This document shows, in pieces, positions 25,913 to 33,770 of a DNA stretch of 45,855 nt. This DNA comes from Candidatus Rokuibacteriota bacterium. GTDB lineage: Bacteria > Methylomirabilota > Methylomirabilia > Rokubacteriales > CSP1-6. Within the stretch, counting starts at the first letter, position 1, and each line of letters opens with the position of its first letter. The position numbers were made by a program, and so were the translations under genes. Location of the stretch: contig QHRT01000006.1 in assembly GCA_003220195.1 (NCBI GenBank), forward strand, positions 1 to 45,855, read 5' to 3'. The notes under the pieces were generated by a model that saw only the letters and a program-made list of their open reading frames with translations, did no database searches and had not been told where the DNA came from.

Positions 25913-26322
25913 GAGCGCTCCTCGTCGCCGTGCTGGTGCTGATCGTCGCTGCGCCTGCTGCCGGTCAGCAAGTCGAGATCCAGAGAAAGCCGACGGAGCG
26001 CGAGCTACGTCCGGAGGTCATCCCCCCCGGACTCCATTACGAGCAGACCCGCCCGAGCGACGCGAATTATTACCCCTACGATCAGCGAGTGATGCACGAC
26101 CCTGCGTTCATCGAGCCCTTCAGCATGGAATATCAGATCGACAAGAGCACGGGACGCCTGGGACTCTCCGGTTGGACGTCGCCGAACACGCCCCTCGGGT
26201 CGCCGGTCGCGAGCGGCCACCGGGACGTGACCGGCTGGCTCTCGTTCGGCTTCTCGATCATCTGGGGCGGTCCGCCACCGACGATCACACCGGCCAGCGC
26301 TCCCGTCCCGCGCGGACGCTGA
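25909..26322 (+). CDS. Secreted hypothetical protein
   Basis: ATGA overlap with the NYN gene. Clear signal peptide MRALLVAVLVLIVAAPAAGQQ. Composition is not Arg-biased, unlike the competing frame. No family recognised. Confidence 0.5.
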   Translation: MRALLVAVLVLIVAAPAAGQQVEIQRKPTERELRPEVIPPGLHYEQTRPSDANYYPYDQRVMHDPAFIEPFSMEYQIDKSTGRLGLSGWTSPNTPLGSPVASGHRDVTGWLSFGFSIIWGGPPPTITPASAPVPRGR

Positions 26323-26336
26323 GCCCGGAGCGCACG

Positions 26337-26894
26337 ATGCCCCGATTGCGCGGCAACCTGCACGCCCACACCACGTTTTCGGACGGCGTCCGGAGCCCGG
26401 GCGACCTCATCGCCGAGTACGAGCGACTCGGGTACGACTTCCTGGCGATCACCGATCACGAGGGCTGGATTCCATCGACGTACTGGCGGGCGCTCGAAAG
26501 GCAGCCGTCCAACTTGCTCCTGTTCCACGGCATCGAGCTCAACTACGACCCGCTCGATCAACACGTCGGGAAGGTGCTCGGCGATCGCGAGATCCTCCAC
26601 GTGCTGAACCATCCGGCACGGTATCGGTTGAGCGTCCGCGAGACGATCGAGCGCATCGGCGTGATTCGCGCCGACGGGCTGCCGCTCGACGCCGTCGAAG
26701 TCACGGACACCGGGCATCGCCGACCGCTCTACGATTGCCCGGAGATTCCGCTCGTGAAGATCGCCACCGACGACGCGCATCGTCCGCCGCATTTCGGCCG
26801 CGCCTGGGTCGAGGTGGAGGCGCACCGCGATCGGGACTCGATCATCCGGGCGATCAAGGCCGGAGACTTCGCGCTCGGCTTCAGCGCGACGTAA
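26337..26894 (+). CDS. PHP-domain metal-dependent phosphoesterase
   Basis: RGNLHAHTTFSDG, DFLAITDHE, later His/Asp motifs (VLNHP, TDDAH). The true start is ATG 26337; the tracked ORF start at 25893 is an extension. Confidence 0.75.
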   Translation: MPRLRGNLHAHTTFSDGVRSPGDLIAEYERLGYDFLAITDHEGWIPSTYWRALERQPSNLLLFHGIELNYDPLDQHVGKVLGDREILHVLNHPARYRLSVRETIERIGVIRADGLPLDAVEVTDTGHRRPLYDCPEIPLVKIATDDAHRPPHFGRAWVEVEAHRDRDSIIRAIKAGDFALGFSAT

Positions 26895-27739
26895 CGGCTC
26901 GCACGATCGTCGTCCTTCGCTTCGGTCACCGGCCCGATCCCGACGACGCGTTCATGTTCGCGGCCGTCACGCTCGGCGACGTGTCGATCGCGGACGCCAC
27001 GATCGAGCACGTCGTCGAGGACGTCGAATCGCTGAATCGCCGGGCGCGGAGCGGCGAATTCGAGGTCAGCTGCGTCTCCGCCGCCACGTACGCGCTCGTC
27101 GCGGATCGATACCGTCTCTGCGATGTCGGCGCGTCGATGGTCCGGGCTCACGGGCCGGTCCTGGTCGCGCGCGCGGCGATCGACCTCCGTGACGTTCCCG
27201 ACAAGGTCGTCGCGATCCCGGGCAGCCACACGACGGCGTCCCTGCTGCTCCGGCTCTACACGGCGGACGAGCCCGCGCTGATCGAGGTCCCATCCGACAA
27301 GATTCTCGAAGCGGTACTCGACGGCCAGGCGGACCTCGGCGTGCTCATCCACGAAGGCGATCTCGCGTACCGCGCGCGTGGGCTGGTGGGCGTTCTCGAT
27401 TTCGCCGACGCGTGGCGCCGGGACACCGACCTGCCGCTCCCGCTCGGGGTCACGATCGTGCGCCGCGACCTGGACGAGGAGGTTCAGCGCCGCATCTCGC
27501 GAGCGTTTCGCGACTCGATCCGGTGGGCGCGGGCCAATCTCGACGACGCGCTCGCGCACGCGAGGCGTTTCGCGCGCGGCATGGACGAGGCGACGTGCCG
27601 GGAATTCGTGCTGACGCGCGTCGACGATCACGCGCTGACGCTGGAGGTCGCCGGGCACGCCGCGCTCGAAAGACTCTACGCGGAGGCGCATCGCCGCAGA
27701 CTCGTGGCCGCTACCCCACCGCTGGACGCCGTGTCGTAA
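26894..27739 (+). CDS. MqnA/MqnD/SBP-family protein (futalosine-pathway menaquinone biosynthesis-like); start codon unresolved
   Basis: LRFGHRPDPDDAFMFAAV matches the family N-terminal motif. Homology begins at about 26894. The only canonical in-frame starts are ATG 26735 (160-nt overlap with the PHP gene) and ATG 26954 (which removes the motif). Confidence 0.7.
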   Translation, partial: TARTIVVLRFGHRPDPDDAFMFAAVTLGDVSIADATIEHVVEDVESLNRRARSGEFEVSCVSAATYALVADRYRLCDVGASMVRAHGPVLVARAAIDLRDVPDKVVAIPGSHTTASLLLRLYTADEPALIEVPSDKILEAVLDGQADLGVLIHEGDLAYRARGLVGVLDFADAWRRDTDLPLPLGVTIVRRDLDEEVQRRISRAFRDSIRWARANLDDALAHARRFARGMDEATCREFVLTRVDDHALTLEVAGHAALERLYAEAHRRRLVAATPPLDAVS

Positions 27740-27754
27740 GCGTGGCGCTCACGT

Positions 27755-27775
27755 CCGAGAACGCCGCGTTTTCGG
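27755..27775 (+). terminator. Candidate intrinsic terminator after the MqnD-like gene
   Basis: CCGAGAACG-CCG-CGTTTTCGG hairpin (one G-U pair), followed by the T-containing tail CTTCCTGGTATTCTG. Confidence 0.4.
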
Positions 27776-27899
27776 CTTCCTGGTATTCTGAAACACCACG
27801 GCGGCGAGGGGGACGGACGTTCGCTCGGGGACGTCGCCCGCTGACCGGAACGCACCCCCGAAGCAGAGCATCGGTGTCCCGACCAACGGAGGGCCAGGA

Positions 27900-29312
27900 A
27901 TGGAGACTCGTCGAAGGTTCATCGTGACTGGCGGTCGTCTGGTTCTCGCGGGCGCGGCGGCGGTCGCCGCCGGACCGACCGTCTTTACCCGGTCGGTCGC
28001 GGCCGCGAAGGAACTGAAAGTGCTTCAATGGAGTCACTTCGTGCCCGCCTATGACAAGTGGTTCGACCCCTGGGCGAAAGAGTGGGGCGCCAAGCGAGGC
28101 GTCGAGGTGACGGTCGATCACGTCTCGTTCGCCGACGTCGTGCCGCGCGCGACCGCGGAGGTCGCGGCCCAGTCCGGTCACGACATTCACATGTTCCTGG
28201 GGCTCGCCAGCGCGTTCGAGGAGCACGTCGTGGACCTGTCGGACGTCGTCGCGACGCTCGAGAAGAAGCACGGCAAGCCGGTCGAGCTCGCTCGGCGGAG
28301 CACGTACAACCCGTTCACGCGGAAGCAGTTCGCCCTGTCCGACATGTGGGTCCCGGATCCGGGGAACTATCACAAGAAGGTGTGGACCGACATCGGCATG
28401 CCGAACGGCCCGGTGACGTACGAGGACCTCTCCAAGGCGGCCCCGGAGGTCAAGAAGGTCGCGCCCCAGATGCAGATCCCGATCGGCATCGGGCTCAGTC
28501 AGGACATCGACTCCAACATGGCGGTTTGCAACATCCTTTGGTGTCACGGCGGATCCATCCAGGACAAGGACGGGAACGTCGTCCTGAACTCGCCCGAGAC
28601 GTTGAAGGCGCTCGAATACACCAAGCGCCTCTACTCGGTCGGGATGACGCCGGCCGTCCTGTCCTGGAACGCCGCCTCGAATAACCAGGCGTTCAACGCT
28701 CAGGAGACGTCGTACATCCTGAATTCGATCTCGGCGTATCGCACGGCGCAGGACAACAAGCTGCCGGTGGTCGAGCACTACTTTTTCACGCCGGCGTTGA
28801 AGGGGCCCACCGGGATCATGCTCGCCTCCGAGCACGTGATGAGCGGCTACGTCGTCTGGAAGTTCTCGAAGAACCAGGACACCGCGAAAGAGTTCCTGGT
28901 GGCGCTCGTGGATGCGTCCCGCGAGTCCACGCTCGGATCGAAGCTCTACAACTTTCCGTCGTTCTTCGGCGCCGCCGCGGATCCCGGGACACCGGTCGCG
29001 AAGAGGCCGCAGAGCGGCACCGCCTGGGTCGAGAAGCAGTGCAAGCAGGACCCGTTCGGGTCGAACCCTCCGGACAAGCTGATGGTGCTGGCCGACTCGC
29101 TCAAGTGGTCGACCAACCTCGGCTACCCCGGGTCCGCCAACCCGGCCGAGGGCGAGATCTTCGACACGTACGTGCTGACCGACATGTTCGCGAAGGCCGC
29201 CACCGGCGCGCTGTCGCCGAAGGACGCGATGACGGAGGCGTCCAACCGCGCCAAGGAAATCTTCACCAAGTGGCGCGCGAAGAAGATGGTGGGCGGCGGC
29301 AAGGATCGCTAG
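27900..29312 (+). CDS. ABC transporter extracellular solute-binding protein (family 1, carbohydrate-type) with Tat signal
   Basis: METRRRFIV...AAAVAAG twin-arginine signal. 470 aa. Immediately precedes MalF/MalG-type permease genes. Confidence 0.85.
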   Translation: METRRRFIVTGGRLVLAGAAAVAAGPTVFTRSVAAAKELKVLQWSHFVPAYDKWFDPWAKEWGAKRGVEVTVDHVSFADVVPRATAEVAAQSGHDIHMFLGLASAFEEHVVDLSDVVATLEKKHGKPVELARRSTYNPFTRKQFALSDMWVPDPGNYHKKVWTDIGMPNGPVTYEDLSKAAPEVKKVAPQMQIPIGIGLSQDIDSNMAVCNILWCHGGSIQDKDGNVVLNSPETLKALEYTKRLYSVGMTPAVLSWNAASNNQAFNAQETSYILNSISAYRTAQDNKLPVVEHYFFTPALKGPTGIMLASEHVMSGYVVWKFSKNQDTAKEFLVALVDASRESTLGSKLYNFPSFFGAAADPGTPVAKRPQSGTAWVEKQCKQDPFGSNPPDKLMVLADSLKWSTNLGYPGSANPAEGEIFDTYVLTDMFAKAATGALSPKDAMTEASNRAKEIFTKWRAKKMVGGGKDR

Positions 29313-29321
29313 GCGAAAAGG

Positions 29322-30203
29322 TTGCGCCGGACCGAGCGAGCGCTGGGGGCCATCATGCTGGCCCCCGCGCTCGCGTACATCCTCCTGCTCGTCGCGCTCC
29401 CGTTCGTCGCGGCCGTCCTCCTGAGCCTCACGAACTCCTCGGCCGGTAGCCTCGACGTCTCGTTCGTCGGGTTCAGGAACTTTCGCGCGGTCGTCGGCAA
29501 CCCGGTCTTCAAGCGCGCGCTCTGGAACACCTTCGTCTTCACATTCGTCTCCCAGGTCCTGGTGATCGCATTCGGCAACATCCTGGCCCGCGCGCTCATG
29601 CGGCGTTTCCGCGGCAAGACGATCGCGCGGTTCCTGATCCTGATGCCCTGGGCGGCGCCGATCTCGCTCGCGACGCTCGGCTGGCTGTGGATCTTCGACT
29701 CGACGTTCAGCGTGATCAACTGGGTGCTCAAGGTCGTCGGATATTTCGGCCCGGGCCAGTGGTACTACTGGCTCGGCGACCCGACGCTCGGGATGGTGGC
29801 GATCGTCACCGTCCACGTCTGGCGGATGTTGCCGTTCTCGACGGTGATCCTGATCGCCGGCCTGTCGTCCATTCCCGCCGAAGTCCACGAGGCTGCGGAC
29901 ATCGACGGCGCCGGGACCCTGTCCAAGGCCTTCTACGTCACCGTGCCGATGATGCTGCCGATCCTCTCCGTCGCGCTCCTGTTCGGCGTGGTCTTCACGT
30001 TCACCGACATGAGCGTCGTGTATCTGCTCACGCGAGGCGGCCCGTTCAATTCCACCCACGTGCTCGCCAGCCTCGCATTCCAGGATGGCGTTCTCGGCGG
30101 CGACGTCGGCCGCGGCGCGGCGATCGCGATCTTCCTGCTCCCCGTGCTGGTCGTCATGGCGATCCTGACGCTGCGCGTCTCCCGCCGCGCCGAGGTCGCG
30201 TAG
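29322..30203 (+). CDS. Carbohydrate ABC transporter permease (MalF-like)
   Basis: Six TM helices. EAA loop EAADIDGAGTLSKAFYVTVPMM. TTG start. Confidence 0.9.
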   Translation: MRRTERALGAIMLAPALAYILLLVALPFVAAVLLSLTNSSAGSLDVSFVGFRNFRAVVGNPVFKRALWNTFVFTFVSQVLVIAFGNILARALMRRFRGKTIARFLILMPWAAPISLATLGWLWIFDSTFSVINWVLKVVGYFGPGQWYYWLGDPTLGMVAIVTVHVWRMLPFSTVILIAGLSSIPAEVHEAADIDGAGTLSKAFYVTVPMMLPILSVALLFGVVFTFTDMSVVYLLTRGGPFNSTHVLASLAFQDGVLGGDVGRGAAIAIFLLPVLVVMAILTLRVSRRAEVA

Positions 30204-30204
30204 C

Positions 30205-31065
30205 GTGCGCGGTGCCCCGACGCGCCGCCTGGGCGGCCTGATCCTCCACCGGGCCGTCATCCTCCTGTTCACCGCGTTCGCGGTCTTTCCCTTCTACTGG
30301 ATGGCGATCACGGCCTTCAAGCAGAACGCGGATCTGTACGTCGGCGCCACCAACACGCAGCACAACCCGTTCATCTTCAACCAGCCGCCGACGCTGGACC
30401 ATCTCCGGATCCTGTTCGGGCAGACGCTCTATCCGACGTGGCTCGTCAACACGCTCGTCATCGGCGCCGTCGTCGTCGCGATCACGCTCGTGCTGACCGT
30501 GCCGGCCGGGTATGCGCTGGCCCGGTTGACCGGTCGCTGGGGCGAACGGCTCAGCATCGGGATCTTCCTGACGTACCTGGTGCCCCCCACGCTGCTGTTC
30601 ATTCCGTTCTCCCGGCTCATGTCGGTGCTCGGCCTGCAGAACTCGCGCTGGGCGCTGATCGTGATCTATCCGACGTTCACCGTACCGTTCTGCACCTGGT
30701 TGCTCATGGGATTCTTCAAGTCCCTTCCGCGGGAGATCGAGGAGTCGGCGATGGTGGACGGCTGCAGCCGCGTGGGCGCGATCTGGCGGATGGCCCTGCC
30801 GCTGGCCGCGCCGGGGATCCTGACCGTGGTCATCTTCGCGATGACGCTCGTCATCCAGGAGTTCGTCTACAGCCTGACCTTCATCTCCTCGGTCCGGCTG
30901 ATGACGATCAGCGGCGGGGTGCCGGTGGCCCTCGTGCGCGGCGACGTGTACTACTGGGGGTCGCTCATGGCCGCCTGCCTGATCACGAGCGTGCCGATCG
31001 CCGTGCTCTACAACGTGTTCCTGGACCGCTTCATCGCCGGGTTCACCGTCGGAGCGGTGAAATGA
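30205..31065 (+). CDS. Carbohydrate ABC transporter permease (MalG-like)
   Basis: EAA loop ESAMVDGCSRVGAIWRMALPLAAPG. Six TM helices. GTG start one nt after the preceding stop. Confidence 0.9.
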   Translation: MRGAPTRRLGGLILHRAVILLFTAFAVFPFYWMAITAFKQNADLYVGATNTQHNPFIFNQPPTLDHLRILFGQTLYPTWLVNTLVIGAVVVAITLVLTVPAGYALARLTGRWGERLSIGIFLTYLVPPTLLFIPFSRLMSVLGLQNSRWALIVIYPTFTVPFCTWLLMGFFKSLPREIEESAMVDGCSRVGAIWRMALPLAAPGILTVVIFAMTLVIQEFVYSLTFISSVRLMTISGGVPVALVRGDVYYWGSLMAACLITSVPIAVLYNVFLDRFIAGFTVGAVK

Positions 31066-31133
31066 GGTCCCGCGGCGCGACGACTGTGATTTAATTCGCT
31101 CACCCCAGCCAGCACACGTCAGGGAGGGAAGCC

Positions 31134-31541
31134 ATGACACGATGGATCGCGCTGTGCGTCGCGGTGCTGTTCGCGACGGTTCTCGGCGGCGTCACGCCGG
31201 CCCTGGCGCAGACGACGAAGACCGCGCCCGCGCCGAAGGCCGAGGGAAAGAGCTCGACGAAGTCCGAGGCGAAGACCGACAAGGCCGCCACGGAGAAGTC
31301 AGGCGCGAAGCTCGACATCAACACCGCGTCGGAGGACGAGCTGAAGGCGCTGCCCGGGATCGGTGACGCGTACTCGAAGAAGATCATCGAGGGCCGTCCC
31401 TACGCCAAGAAGGATCAGCTCGTGTCGAAGAACATCATCCCGAAGGCGACCTACGACAAGATCAAGGACCAGATCATCGCGAAGCACTCCGGCGCCCCGG
31501 CCAAGACGAGCGAGGCAAAGCCCGCCGACAAGAAGAAGTAG
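31134..31541 (+). CDS. ComEA-like helix-hairpin-helix protein with signal peptide and Lys-rich linkers
   Basis: Signal peptide. [31 protein letters not shown] is the ComEA/HhH_3 signature. Confidence 0.75.
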   Translation: MTRWIALCVAVLFATVLGGVTPALAQTTKTAPAPKAEGKSSTKSEAKTDKAATEKSGAKLDINTASEDELKALPGIGDAYSKKIIEGRPYAKKDQLVSKNIIPKATYDKIKDQIIAKHSGAPAKTSEAKPADKKK

Positions 31542-31556
31542 GACCGAGCGCGTCGG

Positions 31557-32036
31557 ATGGCGCCGGCCCGGCGGTACTGGGACGAGATCGAGGTCGGCGA
31601 GGAGTACGAGTCGCCCGGGCGTACCGTCACCGAGGCCGACATCGTGCTCTTCGCCGGTCTCTCCGGCGACTACAACCAGCTCCACACCGACGCCGAGTTC
31701 ATGAAGGGATCGATCTTCGGCGAGCGGATCGCGCACGGGCTCCTCGGTCTGGCGATCCAGTCAGGCCTCCTGACCCGCGCCATGGCGCCGTACGCCACCA
31801 TCGCCTTCGGAGCGCTCCGGTGGAAATTCAAGGCGCCGATCAAGATCGGCGACACGATTCACGTGCGGGCGCGCGTCCTCACCAAGAAAGAGACGAAGGT
31901 CGATCGCGGCCTGGTCACGCTCGAACGGACGGTCCTGAACCAGCGCGGTGAGATCGTCCAGCAGGGCGAGACTGACCTGATCGTCGAGCGGCGTCCCGGA
32001 GGGGCTGACGGCGGGTCGCGTCGGCCGTCGGCGTGA
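31557..32036 (+). CDS. MaoC-like (R)-specific hydratase/dehydratase, catalytic hot-dog subunit
   Basis: Hydratase-2 motif FAGLSGDYNQLHTDAEF...IAHG (Asp/His present). Confidence 0.85.
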   Translation: MAPARRYWDEIEVGEEYESPGRTVTEADIVLFAGLSGDYNQLHTDAEFMKGSIFGERIAHGLLGLAIQSGLLTRAMAPYATIAFGALRWKFKAPIKIGDTIHVRARVLTKKETKVDRGLVTLERTVLNQRGEIVQQGETDLIVERRPGGADGGSRRPSA

Positions 32037-32533
32037 CCGCGTCGGTCGTCGAGCGGTTCTATTTCGAGGACGTCGTGCTTCACGGTGTTCTCGAGACGCC
32101 GGGGATCACGTTGACCCAGGCGCACGTCATGCTGTACGCGGGGCTCGGCGGAGAGCCGCCGGGCGATCCCGAATCGATCCCGGACCTGCTGCCGCTCTTC
32201 CTCTCCACCGGACTCGGGTGGCGCGTCCCGCAACCGCCGCTGGCCGTGCTCGCGTTTCTCGGGCTCGAGTGGAACGTCATTCGTCCCGCGCGCGTGGGTG
32301 ACACGATTCACAGCCGCTCGCGCACGGTGGTGAAGCGCGCGATGCGCGAGGGCGGCGTCGTGATCGAGGAGCGTGAGATGATCGATCAGCGAGGCGAAAC
32401 GCTCCAGCGCGGCCGGTTCACGTTCCTGGTCGCGCGGCGCGAAGCGACGCCCAGTATCCCCGGCCGCGGTTCTCGTCTCGCCGAAGGCGCCGCGGACCGT
32501 GTGCTAGACTTTCGGCTCCGGAGGATCCCATGA
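32033..32533 (+). CDS. MaoC-like hot-dog protein lacking the catalytic Asp/His motif (probable non-catalytic partner)
   Basis: GTGA overlap. Hot-dog-length protein. The equivalent motif reads YAGLGGEPPGDPESIPDL. C-terminal VGDTIHSRSRTV resembles the partner's IGDTIHVRARVL. Confidence 0.7.
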   Translation: MTASVVERFYFEDVVLHGVLETPGITLTQAHVMLYAGLGGEPPGDPESIPDLLPLFLSTGLGWRVPQPPLAVLAFLGLEWNVIRPARVGDTIHSRSRTVVKRAMREGGVVIEEREMIDQRGETLQRGRFTFLVARREATPSIPGRGSRLAEGAADRVLDFRLRRIP

Positions 32534-33654
32534 ACTTTCCGCTCGAGCTCTCCACTCCGTCCGCCGCCGGCCTCGCGGCCGATTCGCTCGACCGCCTCCA
32601 GCAGATCATCACGCGACACATCGCGGACGGCCGGTACCCCGGGGCGCAGATCGCGGTGGCGCGACACGGCAAGCTGGCGCTCTTCCGCTCGTTCGGCGAC
32701 GCCCGCAGGGAGCCGACGAGGATACCGGCGGGCGACGACACGCTGTGGCTGCTCTTTTCGAACACCAAGGTCATCACGGCCTCGGCCGTGTGGAAGCTCG
32801 TCGAGCACGGCGCGCTCCGGTTCACGGACACCGTCGCGGACCACGTGCCGGGCTTCGAGGCGAATGGCAAGGGCGCGATCACGATCATCCAGCTGCTGAC
32901 GCACCAGGGCGGCTTCCCCAGCGCGGAAGTGCCGAAGGAAGTCTGGGAGGACCACGACCTCCTGCGGCGCCTCGTGTGCGGCTTCACGCTCGAGTGGACG
33001 CCGGGAAGCCGGGTTCACTACCACGGTGCCTCCGCGCACTGGACCGCGGCGGTGCTGATCGAACAGCTGACGAAGAAGGACTACCGGACCTTCATCCGCG
33101 AGAGCGTCGTCGAGCCGCTCGGTCTCGCGGGCGAGCTCTTCGTCGGTCTGCCGGAGGTCGAGGGGAAGCGCGCCGTCGACATGCACGAGCCGGACGCGGA
33201 CGGCCGCCAGGTCGGTCGCGCCGAGAACAACGATCCCGCATTCCGCCAGGCGGGAGTTCCCGGCGGCGGTGGGTACGCGACGGCGCGGGCGATGGCCGCC
33301 TTCTATCAGATGATGGTGAACGGTGGAACGCTGAACGGCCGGCGCTTTCTCTCGCCGCGGATGGTGCAGTACGTGACACGGAACTTCACGGGCGACCGTG
33401 TCGACACGAACATGGGGATGCCGATGCACCGAGGGCTCGGTCCGCATCTCCGCGGCGCCACGGAGACGATCCGCGGACTCGGGTCGCTGGCGTCGCCGCG
33501 CACGTTCGGACACGGCGGCGTCGGGTCGTCGTACTGCTGGGGAGACCCGGAGTCCGGGGTGTCGTTCGCCTACCTCACGAACAGCCGCGTGGCCGACCCG
33601 TGGCACAGCCAGCGGCTCGACATCATCTCCAACGGTGTCCACATGGCGATCTGA
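32530..33654 (+). CDS. Serine hydrolase, beta-lactamase/transpeptidase-like fold (class C / EstB-type esterase)
   Basis: ATGA overlap. SxxK motif LFSNTKVITASAV. Later HGGVGSSYCWGDP. Confidence 0.85.
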   Translation: MNFPLELSTPSAAGLAADSLDRLQQIITRHIADGRYPGAQIAVARHGKLALFRSFGDARREPTRIPAGDDTLWLLFSNTKVITASAVWKLVEHGALRFTDTVADHVPGFEANGKGAITIIQLLTHQGGFPSAEVPKEVWEDHDLLRRLVCGFTLEWTPGSRVHYHGASAHWTAAVLIEQLTKKDYRTFIRESVVEPLGLAGELFVGLPEVEGKRAVDMHEPDADGRQVGRAENNDPAFRQAGVPGGGGYATARAMAAFYQMMVNGGTLNGRRFLSPRMVQYVTRNFTGDRVDTNMGMPMHRGLGPHLRGATETIRGLGSLASPRTFGHGGVGSSYCWGDPESGVSFAYLTNSRVADPWHSQRLDIISNGVHMAI

Positions 33655-33770
33655 TGACGACGCGAAAGGCTGGGATCGCCTCGATCATGGGGTTCAGGAC
33701 GCTGACCATCTCAGAGCTCAGAGCCGCGCGGACGCGCCCGTAGTGGTCTCCATCAGGAGGTAAGCCCGCC

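Noticed and set aside
22413-26894. Genomic island or prophage integrated at tRNA-Val
   Set aside because: No integrase, recombinase or phage genes are present, and I found no repeat of the tRNA 3' end by eye. It is kept only as a low-interest finding that needs a computational repeat search.
27711-30272. 853-aa minus-strand ORF antisense to the ABC binding-protein and permease genes
   Set aside because: It has an Arg/Gly/Asp/Pro-rich composition and no recognisable motifs. It is fully antisense to three genes with strong family signatures. This is a typical long spurious ORF for very high-GC DNA.
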